Notes: generated by a model from the letters alone, not told the origin. A DNA stretch of 57,469 bases from an uncultured Candidatus Micrarchaeota archaeon (GCA_903892905.1 CAITKI010000153.1:1-57469); one strand, 5' to 3'; shown: positions 1 to 8,926, counted from the stretch's first letter. Numbers and translations: made by a program.

Positions 1-449
1 ACCCAATAAATGGCTGCGCCAGATGTGCCAAATGGGCTTATTTTTATCACGTTGTAGCCGAGCGTGTACAGCTTCTCACTTTGCCTGTGCGTTAGGCTGC
101 TTGCAAGAAATAGGTTTCCGCTCAGGTCAAACTCCTTCTTTTCTTCCTCTTCCCAGTCGCTATCAATTGCCGTTTCCGGCTCATCTTCCTCGGGTTCTTC
201 CGGCTCTGTCTCTTTGATTGCAGGCTTTACTGGCTCGCGGACGAGTTCTGGCAGGATTTTCTTTGGAGGATAGATGATATCGTGGGCTTTATCGTAAATC
301 CACCAGAGGATTATCGCGATTATGTATCCGATGACAAATGGCAGGACTATCAGCGCGGCAAAGCCAATGGCTGACAGCACGAGCGCCACTCCGAGCAGGA
401 CCAGAGAGCCAATCACCAAACGCTCTAGGAGGTCGTATTCATTGACCAT
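1..449 (-). CDS. hypothetical small membrane protein, truncated by the left window edge
   Basis: Absent from the ORF track because it runs off the edge. Hand translation of the minus strand from the ATG at 449-447 gives MVNEYDLLERLVIGSLVLLGVALVLSAIGFAALIVLPFVIGYIIAIILWW, then an acidic E/P-rich stretch, and stays open to position 1. It starts 2 nt after the integrase stop, so it looks co-transcribed. Confidence 0.4.
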   Translation of the reverse strand, partial: MVNEYDLLERLVIGSLVLLGVALVLSAIGFAALIVLPFVIGYIIAIILWWIYDKAHDIIYPPKKILPELVREPVKPAIKETEPEEPEEDEPETAIDSDWEEEEKKEFDLSGNLFLASSLTHRQSEKLYTLGYNVIKISPFGTSGAAIYW

Positions 450-451
450 GT

Positions 452-1651
452 CTATTCCTCCAGCAACTCCTTGTCCAGCCCCATCGCGAAAACCTTCTTG
501 ACCAGGAGCGCCTTCACTTCCGGGTCCTGCATCAGGACGTTCATTATTCCGTTCCCCTGCTTGTTGTAGTCTGCGATCAGTACCTTTTCGTCAAACGGAT
601 TGCCGCACCTGCCGCAGAAGGATTGCGTTGGCGAGTTCTTTTCTTTGCAGCGGGAGCAGATTCGAAGGTCGAGCTTGGGCTCCTTTTCGATTGGTTTGTC
701 TTTCATGGAATACAATTGCAGAAGAGCGGTGTCAACATCCCTGCCGGACAAATGAACATACGTTGCCGCCATTTCGCTTCCCTGTGTCCAGCCGAAGTAT
801 TCCTTCATTTGTGCTTCAGTTAGCTTGTTTGCGAGGGAAGTTGCTCGGCTGTGGCGGAAAAGATGCGGGTAAATGCGCTTCCTTATGCCGCTTGCCTTGC
901 TTGCCCGTCTTAGCATTGCGAGAATCGAGGGATAGGCGCAAGGCACTGGCTGGTAGCGTGCAAGCCTCGCAGGCCATAATGGCGCATCCGGGTTGTCTTT
1001 GTCCGGGTGTTCCTGAAGCCATGCGGCAAGAACCTGAACGCTTGCGATTATTCTTACTCGTCTGCTGCCAGTCTTGCCATTCACCATTAAAACAACGCCA
1101 TAATTGTCGAACTGGACGTTCTTGAGCTTGAGATATAGCATTTCACCTATGCGGCATCCTGACTCGTATAATGCCAAAATGAGCGCCTTGTCGCGTGGAT
1201 TGGTGGTTGAGTTGGCGAGCTTTTGCACTTCTTCAACTGTCAATAATTCCTCTGGCAATTTGTGCGCCTTGTTGCTAAGTTTCGGCTTGAGCCATTTTAT
1301 GACCTTGGGAAACTCTTCGTCCTTGCCGAGAAGCCACTTGTAGAACATTTTGAGCACGATTTTGAAGTCGTAGCGTGTGTATTCCGCATAGTTTTTGGAG
1401 TCAATATCGGTAACCAGCCGGATCAGGTCTGTTTTTGTGGCAGTCGAAAAATCCTCGTCGAGCCACTGCGCAAGCAGGCGGACACAGTACATGCACTTCA
1501 CAACGCGGAGCTTGCCAGAGCCCTTGGCAAGACGAATCCGTGCGAAGTTTTCAATCTGCGTCTTGGCTTTCGCAGGCAAAGCCGAGACCTTCAATCTTCC
1601 CAGCTCCCGCTCGAAGTTGGTTTGCGATTTGTACATAACATACTCGTTCAT
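452..1651 (-). CDS. tyrosine recombinase / phage-type integrase with a C-terminal zinc-ribbon tail
   Basis: Catalytic signature visible in the 399 aa ORF: ESGCRIGEM (Arg), HLFRHSRAT (H-x-x-R), GWTQGS, ATYVHLS (Tyr nucleophile). A Cys4 motif CSRCKEKNSPTQSFCGRCG follows the catalytic Tyr. A TATA-like ggtttatataga lies about 40 nt upstream on the minus strand (about 1693-1702). Confidence 0.85.
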   Translation of the reverse strand: MNEYVMYKSQTNFERELGRLKVSALPAKAKTQIENFARIRLAKGSGKLRVVKCMYCVRLLAQWLDEDFSTATKTDLIRLVTDIDSKNYAEYTRYDFKIVLKMFYKWLLGKDEEFPKVIKWLKPKLSNKAHKLPEELLTVEEVQKLANSTTNPRDKALILALYESGCRIGEMLYLKLKNVQFDNYGVVLMVNGKTGSRRVRIIASVQVLAAWLQEHPDKDNPDAPLWPARLARYQPVPCAYPSILAMLRRASKASGIRKRIYPHLFRHSRATSLANKLTEAQMKEYFGWTQGSEMAATYVHLSGRDVDTALLQLYSMKDKPIEKEPKLDLRICSRCKEKNSPTQSFCGRCGNPFDEKVLIADYNKQGNGIMNVLMQDPEVKALLVKKVFAMGLDKELLEE

Positions 1652-1911
1652 GGGTGCGCACCTCGGAGTGAGCCCCCTGTCCTGCTTGACCTTCTATATA
1701 AACCTAGGCGAGACACGCAACGAGGAGGAGTTAGGGCATTGACGAGGGCAGCAAGATGCTTCTTTTTCATGCCAATATTATTTCGGCAGGGGTCTCATTA
1801 TGGTTCGTGCGTAATTTGGCATTATTGTGCAGGCCCTATGAGCTGCGGATTGACGCAAGGGCAGGCGTGCATTGATGACGTGCAGAGGTACAACTATAGT
1901 ATCATACAAGG

Positions 1912-2024
1912 TGCAGGGAGGGAGATTCGAACTCCCGAAGACCTAAGTCACCAGATAACGCATGCCGCGCCGTAGCGCGGAGATCTTGAGTCTGGCGCGT
2001 TAAACCGGGCTCCGCCATCCCTGC
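1912..2024 (-). tRNA. tRNA-Leu (anticodon CAA), class II long variable arm, about 28-nt intron in the anticodon arm
   Basis: The reverse complement reads GCAGGGA-TG-GCG-GAGCCCGGTTTAA-CGC-G-CCAGA-CTCAAGA-[intron with CCGCGC-TACG-GCGCGG hairpin]-TCTGG-TGACTTAGGTCTTC-GGGAG-TTCGAAT-CTCCC-TCCCTGC-A. The acceptor stem (7 bp) and T arm are perfect. CCA is not encoded (CCT follows). Confidence 0.8.
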
Positions 2025-2041
2025 GGGGCTATTGAGGTGGC

Positions 2042-2054
2042 TTTTATTTAAAAA
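2042..2054 (-). promoter_or_regulatory. TATA-like box for the tRNA-Leu gene
   Basis: The minus strand reads ATTTTTAAATAAAA 18-30 nt upstream of the tRNA 5' end at 2024. It abuts the stop codon of the upstream DGGGP synthase gene. Confidence 0.45.
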
Positions 2055-2909
2055 TCAGAGCAGGCTCGCCGCATAACCCAGCAGCCCCACGCCAAGCGCG
2101 AGAAGGGAGGTTTTGCGAAGAGAGATGAGCGTGGCTTGGTCTTTTTCCGATGCGCGCGCGGACAGGTACGCCATTGCTGCGAAGGATAATGCTGTGAGAA
2201 GGACTAGCCCTAATGAGAGGATGTTCGCGCGAAGCCCAAGGGCGAATGGCCAGAGCGAAATGGGGACCAGGAATGCATAGAGGATGGCTGCGGCATGAAG
2301 AGCATTTTTCTTTCCGATGACAACGGGCAAGGTGCGCGCGTTGCGATGTTTCACGTCGCCTTCCATGTCCTCGGCGGATTTGATTATTTCCCTGCCCAAT
2401 CCCGCCACGAATGCCACGAGAGCGATTGCCCAGATGCGCGCGAAGATGCCAGGCGCCACCACGAGGTTCCCGAAAAGGAAGGGAATGGCCATGGAGGCGG
2501 CTATGTAGATGTTGCCTATGAGGGGAAGTTCCTTGAGCTTGAAGTTGTAGATTATCGAGAGCGCGGCAAATATGAGGGTGATGTAAAGCGCGGCGGTAGA
2601 GAGGGGAAGCGCGGCTGCGATGCCGATTATGTAGCAGGCTGCGGCTGCAAATAGCGCGGATTGCGGCGAGATTTCGCCTGATGCGAGCGGGCGGTCCTTG
2701 CGCTTGTTTGCTTTGTCTGTCTTGACGTCAAAGTAGTCATTGAGCGCAAATGAGCCCATTTCTATGAAGACAGGCACTGCAAGGGAGCAGATGATGAGAG
2801 GAAGCGCAGGAAGCGCGCCTGAGAGGAGCTCGCCGATTAGCACTGCCACGGCTAGCATGAGCGCGTGCTCTATCCGAAAAAGCCGCATGTAGGCAGAGAA
2901 TGCTCCCAT
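2055..2909 (-). CDS. UbiA-family prenyltransferase, most likely digeranylgeranylglyceryl phosphate (DGGGP) synthase
   Basis: 284 aa polytopic protein with the UbiA Asp-rich motifs NDYFDVKTDKANKRKDRPLASG and a second acidic patch (SAEDMEGD). Confidence 0.8.
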   Translation of the reverse strand: MGAFSAYMRLFRIEHALMLAVAVLIGELLSGALPALPLIICSLAVPVFIEMGSFALNDYFDVKTDKANKRKDRPLASGEISPQSALFAAAACYIIGIAAALPLSTAALYITLIFAALSIIYNFKLKELPLIGNIYIAASMAIPFLFGNLVVAPGIFARIWAIALVAFVAGLGREIIKSAEDMEGDVKHRNARTLPVVIGKKNALHAAAILYAFLVPISLWPFALGLRANILSLGLVLLTALSFAAMAYLSARASEKDQATLISLRKTSLLALGVGLLGYAASLL

Positions 2910-2970
2910 GGAATGGTTCTGAGGGGGAGGTTTAAAAGGACTATTTCCCCTCTCTTTTACGTGAGAGGAT

Positions 2971-3888
2971 ATGGAAATATTTCACATAGGTTTGCCCAGG
3001 ACGTTCCTTGGCGTGGAAAATTCCGGCAGGAATTTTCCAGAAGTGGAGCCCAGGGGCTCCACTAAGATTCCGAATGAGGGGAAGAAGGCACGCTACGTCG
3101 TGCTTTCCTCGCCTTACGAGGGCACGGTGTCGTACGGCACTGGCACGAAAAAGGGGCCTAACGCGATAATCGAGGCTTCGCGCCAGGTTGAAACGTATGA
3201 CATTGAGTCTGGCAAGGACTTTGCCGAGTGCGGCATATACACTGCCGACGAGCTGGAAGTGAGCCATGCCTCGCCTGAGAAAAACTGCGAGTATGTGCAG
3301 GAGGCAGTGGAAGCTGTCCTGAAAGAAGGCAAGGTGCCTGTGCTGCTTGGCGGGGAGCACTCGGTGTCAGTGGGCGCTTTCAATGCCATTGCCGCGAGGA
3401 AAGGCGCGGGAGACATCTCGGTGCTGCATTTGGATGCCCATGCGGACATGAGAGATGAGTACGAGGGAACAAAATGCAACCATGCCTGTGCAATGAGGCG
3501 GTGCAGGGAGAAGCTGCATGCTGTTTCTGTTGGCATCAGGAGCTATTCGCTTGAAGAGGCTGAAGAGATTAAGAAGCAGAAATGCGACATTTTCGGCGTG
3601 GAGTTTAGTGAGAGCGACGTGGTGAAGAAGCTCCGCAAGGACGTTTGGGTGACAATTGACCTGGATGCATTTGACCCGTCTGAATGCCCTGCAGTGGGCA
3701 CGCCTGAGCCAGGAGGCATGAGGTGGAAGCAAGTCATTTCGCTTTTGAAGAAAGTTTGCGAGACGAAGAGAGTCATTGGGTTTGACGTGGTGGAGCTTGC
3801 CCCTATCCCTGGGCAGCACGTGAGCGATTTCCTTGCTGCGCGGCTAGTTTACAAGTTAATCTGCTACATGGAAGCAAACAGGAAGTAA
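2971..3888 (+). CDS. speB: agmatinase / ureohydrolase (arginase family)
   Basis: Mn-binding motifs GGEHSVS, HLDAHADMRD, TIDLDAFDP, and EPGGM. Confidence 0.8.
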   Translation: MEIFHIGLPRTFLGVENSGRNFPEVEPRGSTKIPNEGKKARYVVLSSPYEGTVSYGTGTKKGPNAIIEASRQVETYDIESGKDFAECGIYTADELEVSHASPEKNCEYVQEAVEAVLKEGKVPVLLGGEHSVSVGAFNAIAARKGAGDISVLHLDAHADMRDEYEGTKCNHACAMRRCREKLHAVSVGIRSYSLEEAEEIKKQKCDIFGVEFSESDVVKKLRKDVWVTIDLDAFDPSECPAVGTPEPGGMRWKQVISLLKKVCETKRVIGFDVVELAPIPGQHVSDFLAARLVYKLICYMEANRK

Positions 3889-3891
3889 GGA

Positions 3892-5181
3892 GTGGCTATC
3901 ATGGCGGACGAGACAAAAACTTCGGCATTGTCTGGCTTTTACAAGCTAGCGCGCAGCGAGAGGATTGCCAAGGTGGCTGCATTTTCTGGCTTGTCCGAGG
4001 AGCAGAAAAAGCAGCTGGCATCAGATTCGCCGCTGGGATTTGAGGTGGCAGGGAGGATGGCGGAAAACGCGCTTGGCCTTCATGCCATGCCGCTTTGCGT
4101 TGCCACCAACTTCATAGTGAATGGCAGGGAAGTGCTGGTGCCCATGGCGCTTGAAGAGCCCTCGGTGGTCGCTGCGGCGAGCAATGGGGCAAAGCTTTGC
4201 AGGGACACTGGCGGCTTTTTCGCGGTTGCGGACGCGCCTGTCATGGTGGGGCAGGTCCAAATTGTGGGCCTGAAGGACGCTGGGAAAGCTGTGCGCGAGC
4301 TAAACTCGAAAAAGGCGGAGATAATGAAAGCTGCCGAGCCATATGCTTCCGGCATTGCAAAGTATGGCGGCGGCATAAGGGCGTTTTCCGCAAGGACGCT
4401 TCCTACCGAGCGCGGCGAAATGGCGATTGCGGAATTTGACGTTGATGTAAGGGACTCCATGGGCGCAAATACAATCAACACCATACTGGAGGGCGCGGCA
4501 CCTAAAATCGAGGAGATATCCGGCGGAAAGGTGCGCCTGCGGATACTCTCCAACCTCGCTGTGAAGCGCCTGGTGAAGGCAAAAGCTGTTTGGAAGCGCG
4601 ACACCATTGGCGCAGACGCGGTGGAAGGCGTGCTGGATGGATGGGCTTTTGCTGATGTTGACATTTACAGGGCATGCACGCACAACAAGGGCATAATGAA
4701 CGGCATTGACGCGGTTGCCGTGGCAACAGGCAATGACTGGCGCGCAGTGGAGGCAGGCGCGCATGCGTTTGCTGCCACGGGAGGCAGGTACCGCTCGCTT
4801 ACGCGCTTCAAGAAACTCGCGAATGGCGATTTGGAGGGAGAGATTGAGCTGCCGCTTGCAGTGGGAACGGTGGGAGGCGCGACGCGCTCGCTCCCCTCTG
4901 CGCAAGCATCGCTTGCCATTTTGGGCGTGAAAACGTCGCAGGAGCTTGCGTGCGTGATGGCATCCGTGGGGCTTGCGCAGAACTTTGCAGCGCTGCGCGC
5001 GCTTTCAACTGAAGGGATACAGAAGGGGCACATGGCGCTCCATGCGAAAAACCTCGCCATTGCCGCAGGCGCGGCAGGGGAGGAGGCGGACAGGATAGCC
5101 GAGCGCATGATTTCTGATAATGACATTTCTGCCAAAAAGGCAGCCGAACTGCTTTCTGGCATGAGGAAAGGGAAAAAATAG
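3892..5181 (+). CDS. hmgA: HMG-CoA reductase, class II type
   Basis: 429 aa with ENALGLHAMPLCVATNFIVNGREVLVPMALEEPSVVAAAS, DSMGANTIN and GTVGGATR. These resemble the Pseudomonas mevalonii-type class II enzyme rather than the class I EGCLVAS type. Confidence 0.88.
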   Translation: MAIMADETKTSALSGFYKLARSERIAKVAAFSGLSEEQKKQLASDSPLGFEVAGRMAENALGLHAMPLCVATNFIVNGREVLVPMALEEPSVVAAASNGAKLCRDTGGFFAVADAPVMVGQVQIVGLKDAGKAVRELNSKKAEIMKAAEPYASGIAKYGGGIRAFSARTLPTERGEMAIAEFDVDVRDSMGANTINTILEGAAPKIEEISGGKVRLRILSNLAVKRLVKAKAVWKRDTIGADAVEGVLDGWAFADVDIYRACTHNKGIMNGIDAVAVATGNDWRAVEAGAHAFAATGGRYRSLTRFKKLANGDLEGEIELPLAVGTVGGATRSLPSAQASLAILGVKTSQELACVMASVGLAQNFAALRALSTEGIQKGHMALHAKNLAIAAGAAGEEADRIAERMISDNDISAKKAAELLSGMRKGKK

Positions 5182-6918
5182 GTGCTTTTGATGAAATTTG
5201 ATACCAAGGAAATTATTGCGATTCTCATTGTCTTCCTGCTGCCTTTAGGCATTGGGCAGTTTGTGGCAAAGACCACGCTTCCAGAATACGGCGCGGCCGT
5301 GCAGATGATGGGCAGCGCTGGCGCGCAGCCCGTGAATATTGCAGTGGCGTCCGCGCTTGAGAAAGTTTATGCTGCCATCATGGGCATGCCTGCCATATCC
5401 GCGTCAGCAATCGTGGGCTTCCTGCTCATATTCCCGCCCCTGCTCCTTGCATTCACGTCGCTGTTCTTGTATTTTGCATGCAGGGAGATGGGATACAAGA
5501 AGGCGCAGTCTGTGTTTGCAGCGGCGCTTTTCGCCCTCTCTTCCACTGTGTCGCTTTCCTTCCTCCCAGGCGTATATGGAAGCGCGCAGCTTGCCATGCT
5601 TCTCTTCGCGGCGTTCCTGTACCCGTTCGCCGCCTTTGCCCAAAAGCCCTCCAGGGTGGAAATGCTGCTTGCAGCCGCAGTGCTTGGCCTGGCAGCCGGC
5701 TATGTGAATGCTGCCTTTGCGCTTGCAGGAGTGGCGTTCGCGGTTGCATTTGCTTTTGCGCATCACAAAAAGAAAGAGGGGAAAAACTACCTGGCGATGC
5801 TTGGCGTGCTTGCGCTTGTTTTCGCTGCTGCCGGCTTTTTGTCCCCTGACAAGTCCCTGCTTGAATTCTCCGCAGGCAACCTCGCGCAGGCTGCAAGCGG
5901 CATGCCGTTCCTCTTCGCAGGGGCTGCGGCCTGCATAGGGCTTTTCTTTTTCAGCAAGAGGGACTCGGAGTATTTGGCGCTCCTATTGCTTGCGATGGCG
6001 CTTTCGTGCTTTTCGCCGCTTGCCGCATCCATTCTCCTTGTTTTCCCGGTTGCAGAAGGCACGGCAAGGATGATGGAGGACATTTCCAAGTCAGCAAAGC
6101 TTGCGGCGATTTTTGCCTGCGCATTTTTCCTGGTGTTCGGGCTGGTTTACGGCGGCCTGGCAATCTACCCTGCGCTTGGCGCCGCAGTGATGCTCGCGGT
6201 GCTTGCGCCGCTGGTGCTCCACTTCTACGACTACAACGCGCGCGCGGTGTTTTCAGTGATGGGCGCGGGCCTGCTGCTCTTCTCTCTGTTCTTCGCGCTT
6301 TTCGTGCAGCTGCCGCCCATAAAGGCAGGCTACCCAAGCTATACCGACCCTGCGCTTGCGCAGGCGCTAACTTATCTTTCAGGGAACAGCGCCCAGAGGC
6401 TATCCACGCTTGAGAGAGTGGATGCCTTGGCATTCTACCTGCCAGGCGTGCAGCGCGAGAATGCCGCGAATGCGGAGAAGCTCCTGCTTTCTGGCAATGC
6501 AACCCTGGAACCAGGCACTTACCTCCTGTTCTCGCTGCCCACGCTTGAACAGCTGGCGCCAAAAGGCGGGTTTGACGTCTATTACTATGCGCAGAACTAC
6601 TCCAACAGCGGCGTCACCTATGCGCTGTTCATTTCGCAGCAGGGAAGGCTGATATCCCGCGAGCTTACAAGCAGCGGGAAATTCGCCCTGAAAGACGGCG
6701 CGGCGCTTGACAGCTACGGAAGCTATTATGCCCCGGTCTCGCTTCCGCGCATGGTGATGCTCTCGGACAGCAAATCGATAAGCGACAAGGCAAACAGGAT
6801 GCTGGTGCTTGAGGAGGGCGGCGTGCCGCCGCATGTGGCAGACATCTATTCCGGCAGGGATGCTGGCATGGCGCTTGCAAAGGAGTTTTCCGGAGTGGCT
6901 GTTTACAAGGTGAAATGA
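5182..6918 (+). CDS. polytopic membrane protein (about 12-13 TM helices plus about 190 aa C-terminal soluble domain); GT-C-fold glycosyltransferase-like by architecture only
   Basis: Ala/Leu-rich TM helices through about residue 385, then a hydrophilic C-terminal domain. No WWDxG and no ELDPYF-type loop motif. It starts 1 nt after the HMGR stop and overlaps the aglH start by 4 nt. Confidence 0.55.
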   Translation: MLLMKFDTKEIIAILIVFLLPLGIGQFVAKTTLPEYGAAVQMMGSAGAQPVNIAVASALEKVYAAIMGMPAISASAIVGFLLIFPPLLLAFTSLFLYFACREMGYKKAQSVFAAALFALSSTVSLSFLPGVYGSAQLAMLLFAAFLYPFAAFAQKPSRVEMLLAAAVLGLAAGYVNAAFALAGVAFAVAFAFAHHKKKEGKNYLAMLGVLALVFAAAGFLSPDKSLLEFSAGNLAQAASGMPFLFAGAAACIGLFFFSKRDSEYLALLLLAMALSCFSPLAASILLVFPVAEGTARMMEDISKSAKLAAIFACAFFLVFGLVYGGLAIYPALGAAVMLAVLAPLVLHFYDYNARAVFSVMGAGLLLFSLFFALFVQLPPIKAGYPSYTDPALAQALTYLSGNSAQRLSTLERVDALAFYLPGVQRENAANAEKLLLSGNATLEPGTYLLFSLPTLEQLAPKGGFDVYYYAQNYSNSGVTYALFISQQGRLISRELTSSGKFALKDGAALDSYGSYYAPVSLPRMVMLSDSKSISDKANRMLVLEEGGVPPHVADIYSGRDAGMALAKEFSGVAVYKVK

Positions 6919-7910
6919 TGGTGGACATTGCATTCCTCGCGGCGATACTTGCAACTGCTTTCTGCCTCACCTCGTTTGCCATGCCCGCGGTGATAAGGAA
7001 AATGAATGCTGCAGGCATTGTGGGCCACGACGTCAACAAGCCGGGCAGGCCTGAAGTTGCCGAGATGGGGGGCATAGGAATTGTGATGGGCGTGGTAGGC
7101 GCGCTTTTGCTTGCAATGGCAATGAAGACATTCTTCGGCTATCCGTTCAGCCTGGATGACATCATGGCCGCCATGCTCACCATGGTGATAATCGCCCTCA
7201 TCGGGATATTCGACGACCTGTTTGACATGAGGAAAGACGTGAAAACTTTGCTGCCCATGGTTGCCGCGCTTCCGCTCGTGGCGCTGGCAGCTGCAGGGAG
7301 CACCACGGTTTCGCTTCCCTTCATAGGCGCATTTGACTTTGGCATTTTCTACATCATCGTGCTCATTCCGCTGGGAGTCACTGTGGCTGCCAACCTTACC
7401 AACATGCTTGCAGGCTTCAACGGCATGGAAGCTGGCATGGGCAGTGTGATATTCGCCTGCGTGGCGCTTTTGGCAGTGGCAAACGGCTCCACCGAGATGG
7501 GCCTGATTGCGGTTGCGATGCTAGGCGCATTGCTTGCTTTCCTGCGCTTCAACTGGTACCCTGCCAGGGTGTTCATAGGGGACATCGGCACGCTTTTGAT
7601 CGGAGGCGCGCTTGCGGTTGCCGTGATCGTGGGCAACCTGGAGTCTGCAGGCGCAATACTGGTGATACCGTACCTGCTTGACTTTGTGATAAAGGCGTAC
7701 AACAGGTTCCCAAGCACGCTCTGGTGGGGCGAGTGCGGCAAGGACGGAAAACTCCGCCCGCTTGAGGGAAAGGTGCGCGGGCTTTGCCAGCTTGTGATGA
7801 AAGCAACAGGGGGCATAAGCGAGCAGAGGCTGGTGCTCCTGTTCATCGCAGCGGAAGGGTTATTTGCCTTGCTTGCGATTTTGCTGTATGGAAGGAAGCT
7901 CTTCCCCTGA
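6915..7910 (+). CDS. aglH: UDP-GlcNAc:dolichyl-phosphate GlcNAc-1-phosphate transferase (MraY/WecA/GPT family)
   Basis: FDDLFDMRKDVK, NLTNMLAGFNGMEAG, and FIGDIGTLLIGGALA motifs in a polytopic protein. Confidence 0.85.
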   Translation: MMVDIAFLAAILATAFCLTSFAMPAVIRKMNAAGIVGHDVNKPGRPEVAEMGGIGIVMGVVGALLLAMAMKTFFGYPFSLDDIMAAMLTMVIIALIGIFDDLFDMRKDVKTLLPMVAALPLVALAAAGSTTVSLPFIGAFDFGIFYIIVLIPLGVTVAANLTNMLAGFNGMEAGMGSVIFACVALLAVANGSTEMGLIAVAMLGALLAFLRFNWYPARVFIGDIGTLLIGGALAVAVIVGNLESAGAILVIPYLLDFVIKAYNRFPSTLWWGECGKDGKLRPLEGKVRGLCQLVMKATGGISEQRLVLLFIAAEGLFALLAILLYGRKLFP

Positions 7911-7964
7911 GGCGCATGATGATGCTGGTGGAAGGGCGATGGCATCTGCCAGCGCGCCTGATGA

Positions 7965-8909
7965 TTGTTTGGAGTTGATGTTGTGATTGTAGTAACCGGC
8001 GGCTCTGGCTTTATTGGCACGCACCTTTGCGGCAGGCTGATTGACGACGGCTATGACGTGAGGGTGGTGGATATAGCCCCTCCGAAAGCCGGCGTGAAGG
8101 CAGAGTTCGTGCGCGCATCCGTGCTTGATGCCGCGCGCCTCACGAAAATGCTTGAGGGCGCGGAGGGCGTGGTGCACCTCGCGGCGCTCATAGACGTTGC
8201 ATCTTCAGTGGCAGACCCTTTCTCGGACTTCTCGGTGAATGCCGCAGGCACCATAAACGTGCTTGAGGCCGCAAGGCATGCGGGAGTGAAGAAAGTGGCG
8301 TTTGCATCCTCTGCCGCGGTGTATGGCGAGCCATTCAGGCTGCCCGTGGACGAGGAGCACCCGACCGCCCCGCTGTCCCCATATGGCGCGGCGAAGCTTG
8401 CAGCCGAGAGATATGTGCTTTTGTACAATTCGCTTTACGGCATGGAGAACACCGCGCTGCGCCTTTTCAATGTCTTTGGCGAGGGGCAGAATGCCTCCAG
8501 CCCGTATTCGGGCGTGATAACCAAGTTCGCGGACGCCATAACCGAGGGCAACCAGCCCATAATTTTCGGCGACGGCGAGCAGACGCGCGACTTTGTCCAT
8601 GTGGATGACGTGTGCGATGCGTTCGTGCGCGCCATTGAGGGCCAGGGGTGCAGCTCGCCCCTGAACATCGCATCCGGCGTGGAAACCTCTGTGGCGGAGC
8701 TTCTTGAGACCATGTGCGGCATCTGCGGCGCTGACTTTTCCCCGACATACATGCCCGAGAGGAAAGGTGAGATCGCGCGCTCGGTTGCCGACATCAAGCT
8801 TGCAAGGAAGAAGATAGGCTACTCCCCGCGCATGGCGCTCTCGCAGGGGCTGCGCGAGATATTGGAGGCCAAGGACGGCGAGCGCTCCATTTTCAAGCCG
8901 AAGAAGTGA
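7965..8909 (+). CDS. NAD-dependent NDP-sugar epimerase/dehydratase (GalE-like extended SDR)
   Basis: VTGGSGFIGTHL Rossmann motif and YGAAKLAAE catalytic YxxxK. The real start is probably the GTG at 7983 (MIVVTGG...), 8 nt after a GGAG. Confidence 0.8.
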   Translation: MFGVDVVIVVTGGSGFIGTHLCGRLIDDGYDVRVVDIAPPKAGVKAEFVRASVLDAARLTKMLEGAEGVVHLAALIDVASSVADPFSDFSVNAAGTINVLEAARHAGVKKVAFASSAAVYGEPFRLPVDEEHPTAPLSPYGAAKLAAERYVLLYNSLYGMENTALRLFNVFGEGQNASSPYSGVITKFADAITEGNQPIIFGDGEQTRDFVHVDDVCDAFVRAIEGQGCSSPLNIASGVETSVAELLETMCGICGADFSPTYMPERKGEIARSVADIKLARKKIGYSPRMALSQGLREILEAKDGERSIFKPKK

Positions 8910-8926
8910 AAGCGGACTATTTTTCC

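Larger units (their letters stand above)
1..1911 (-). mobile_element. possible right-hand end of a tRNA-Leu-associated integrated element (integrase plus cargo continuing off-window)
   Basis: An intact tyrosine integrase lies directly beside the 3' end of a tRNA gene on the same strand. The other boundary (att repeat) is not in the window. Confidence 0.35.
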
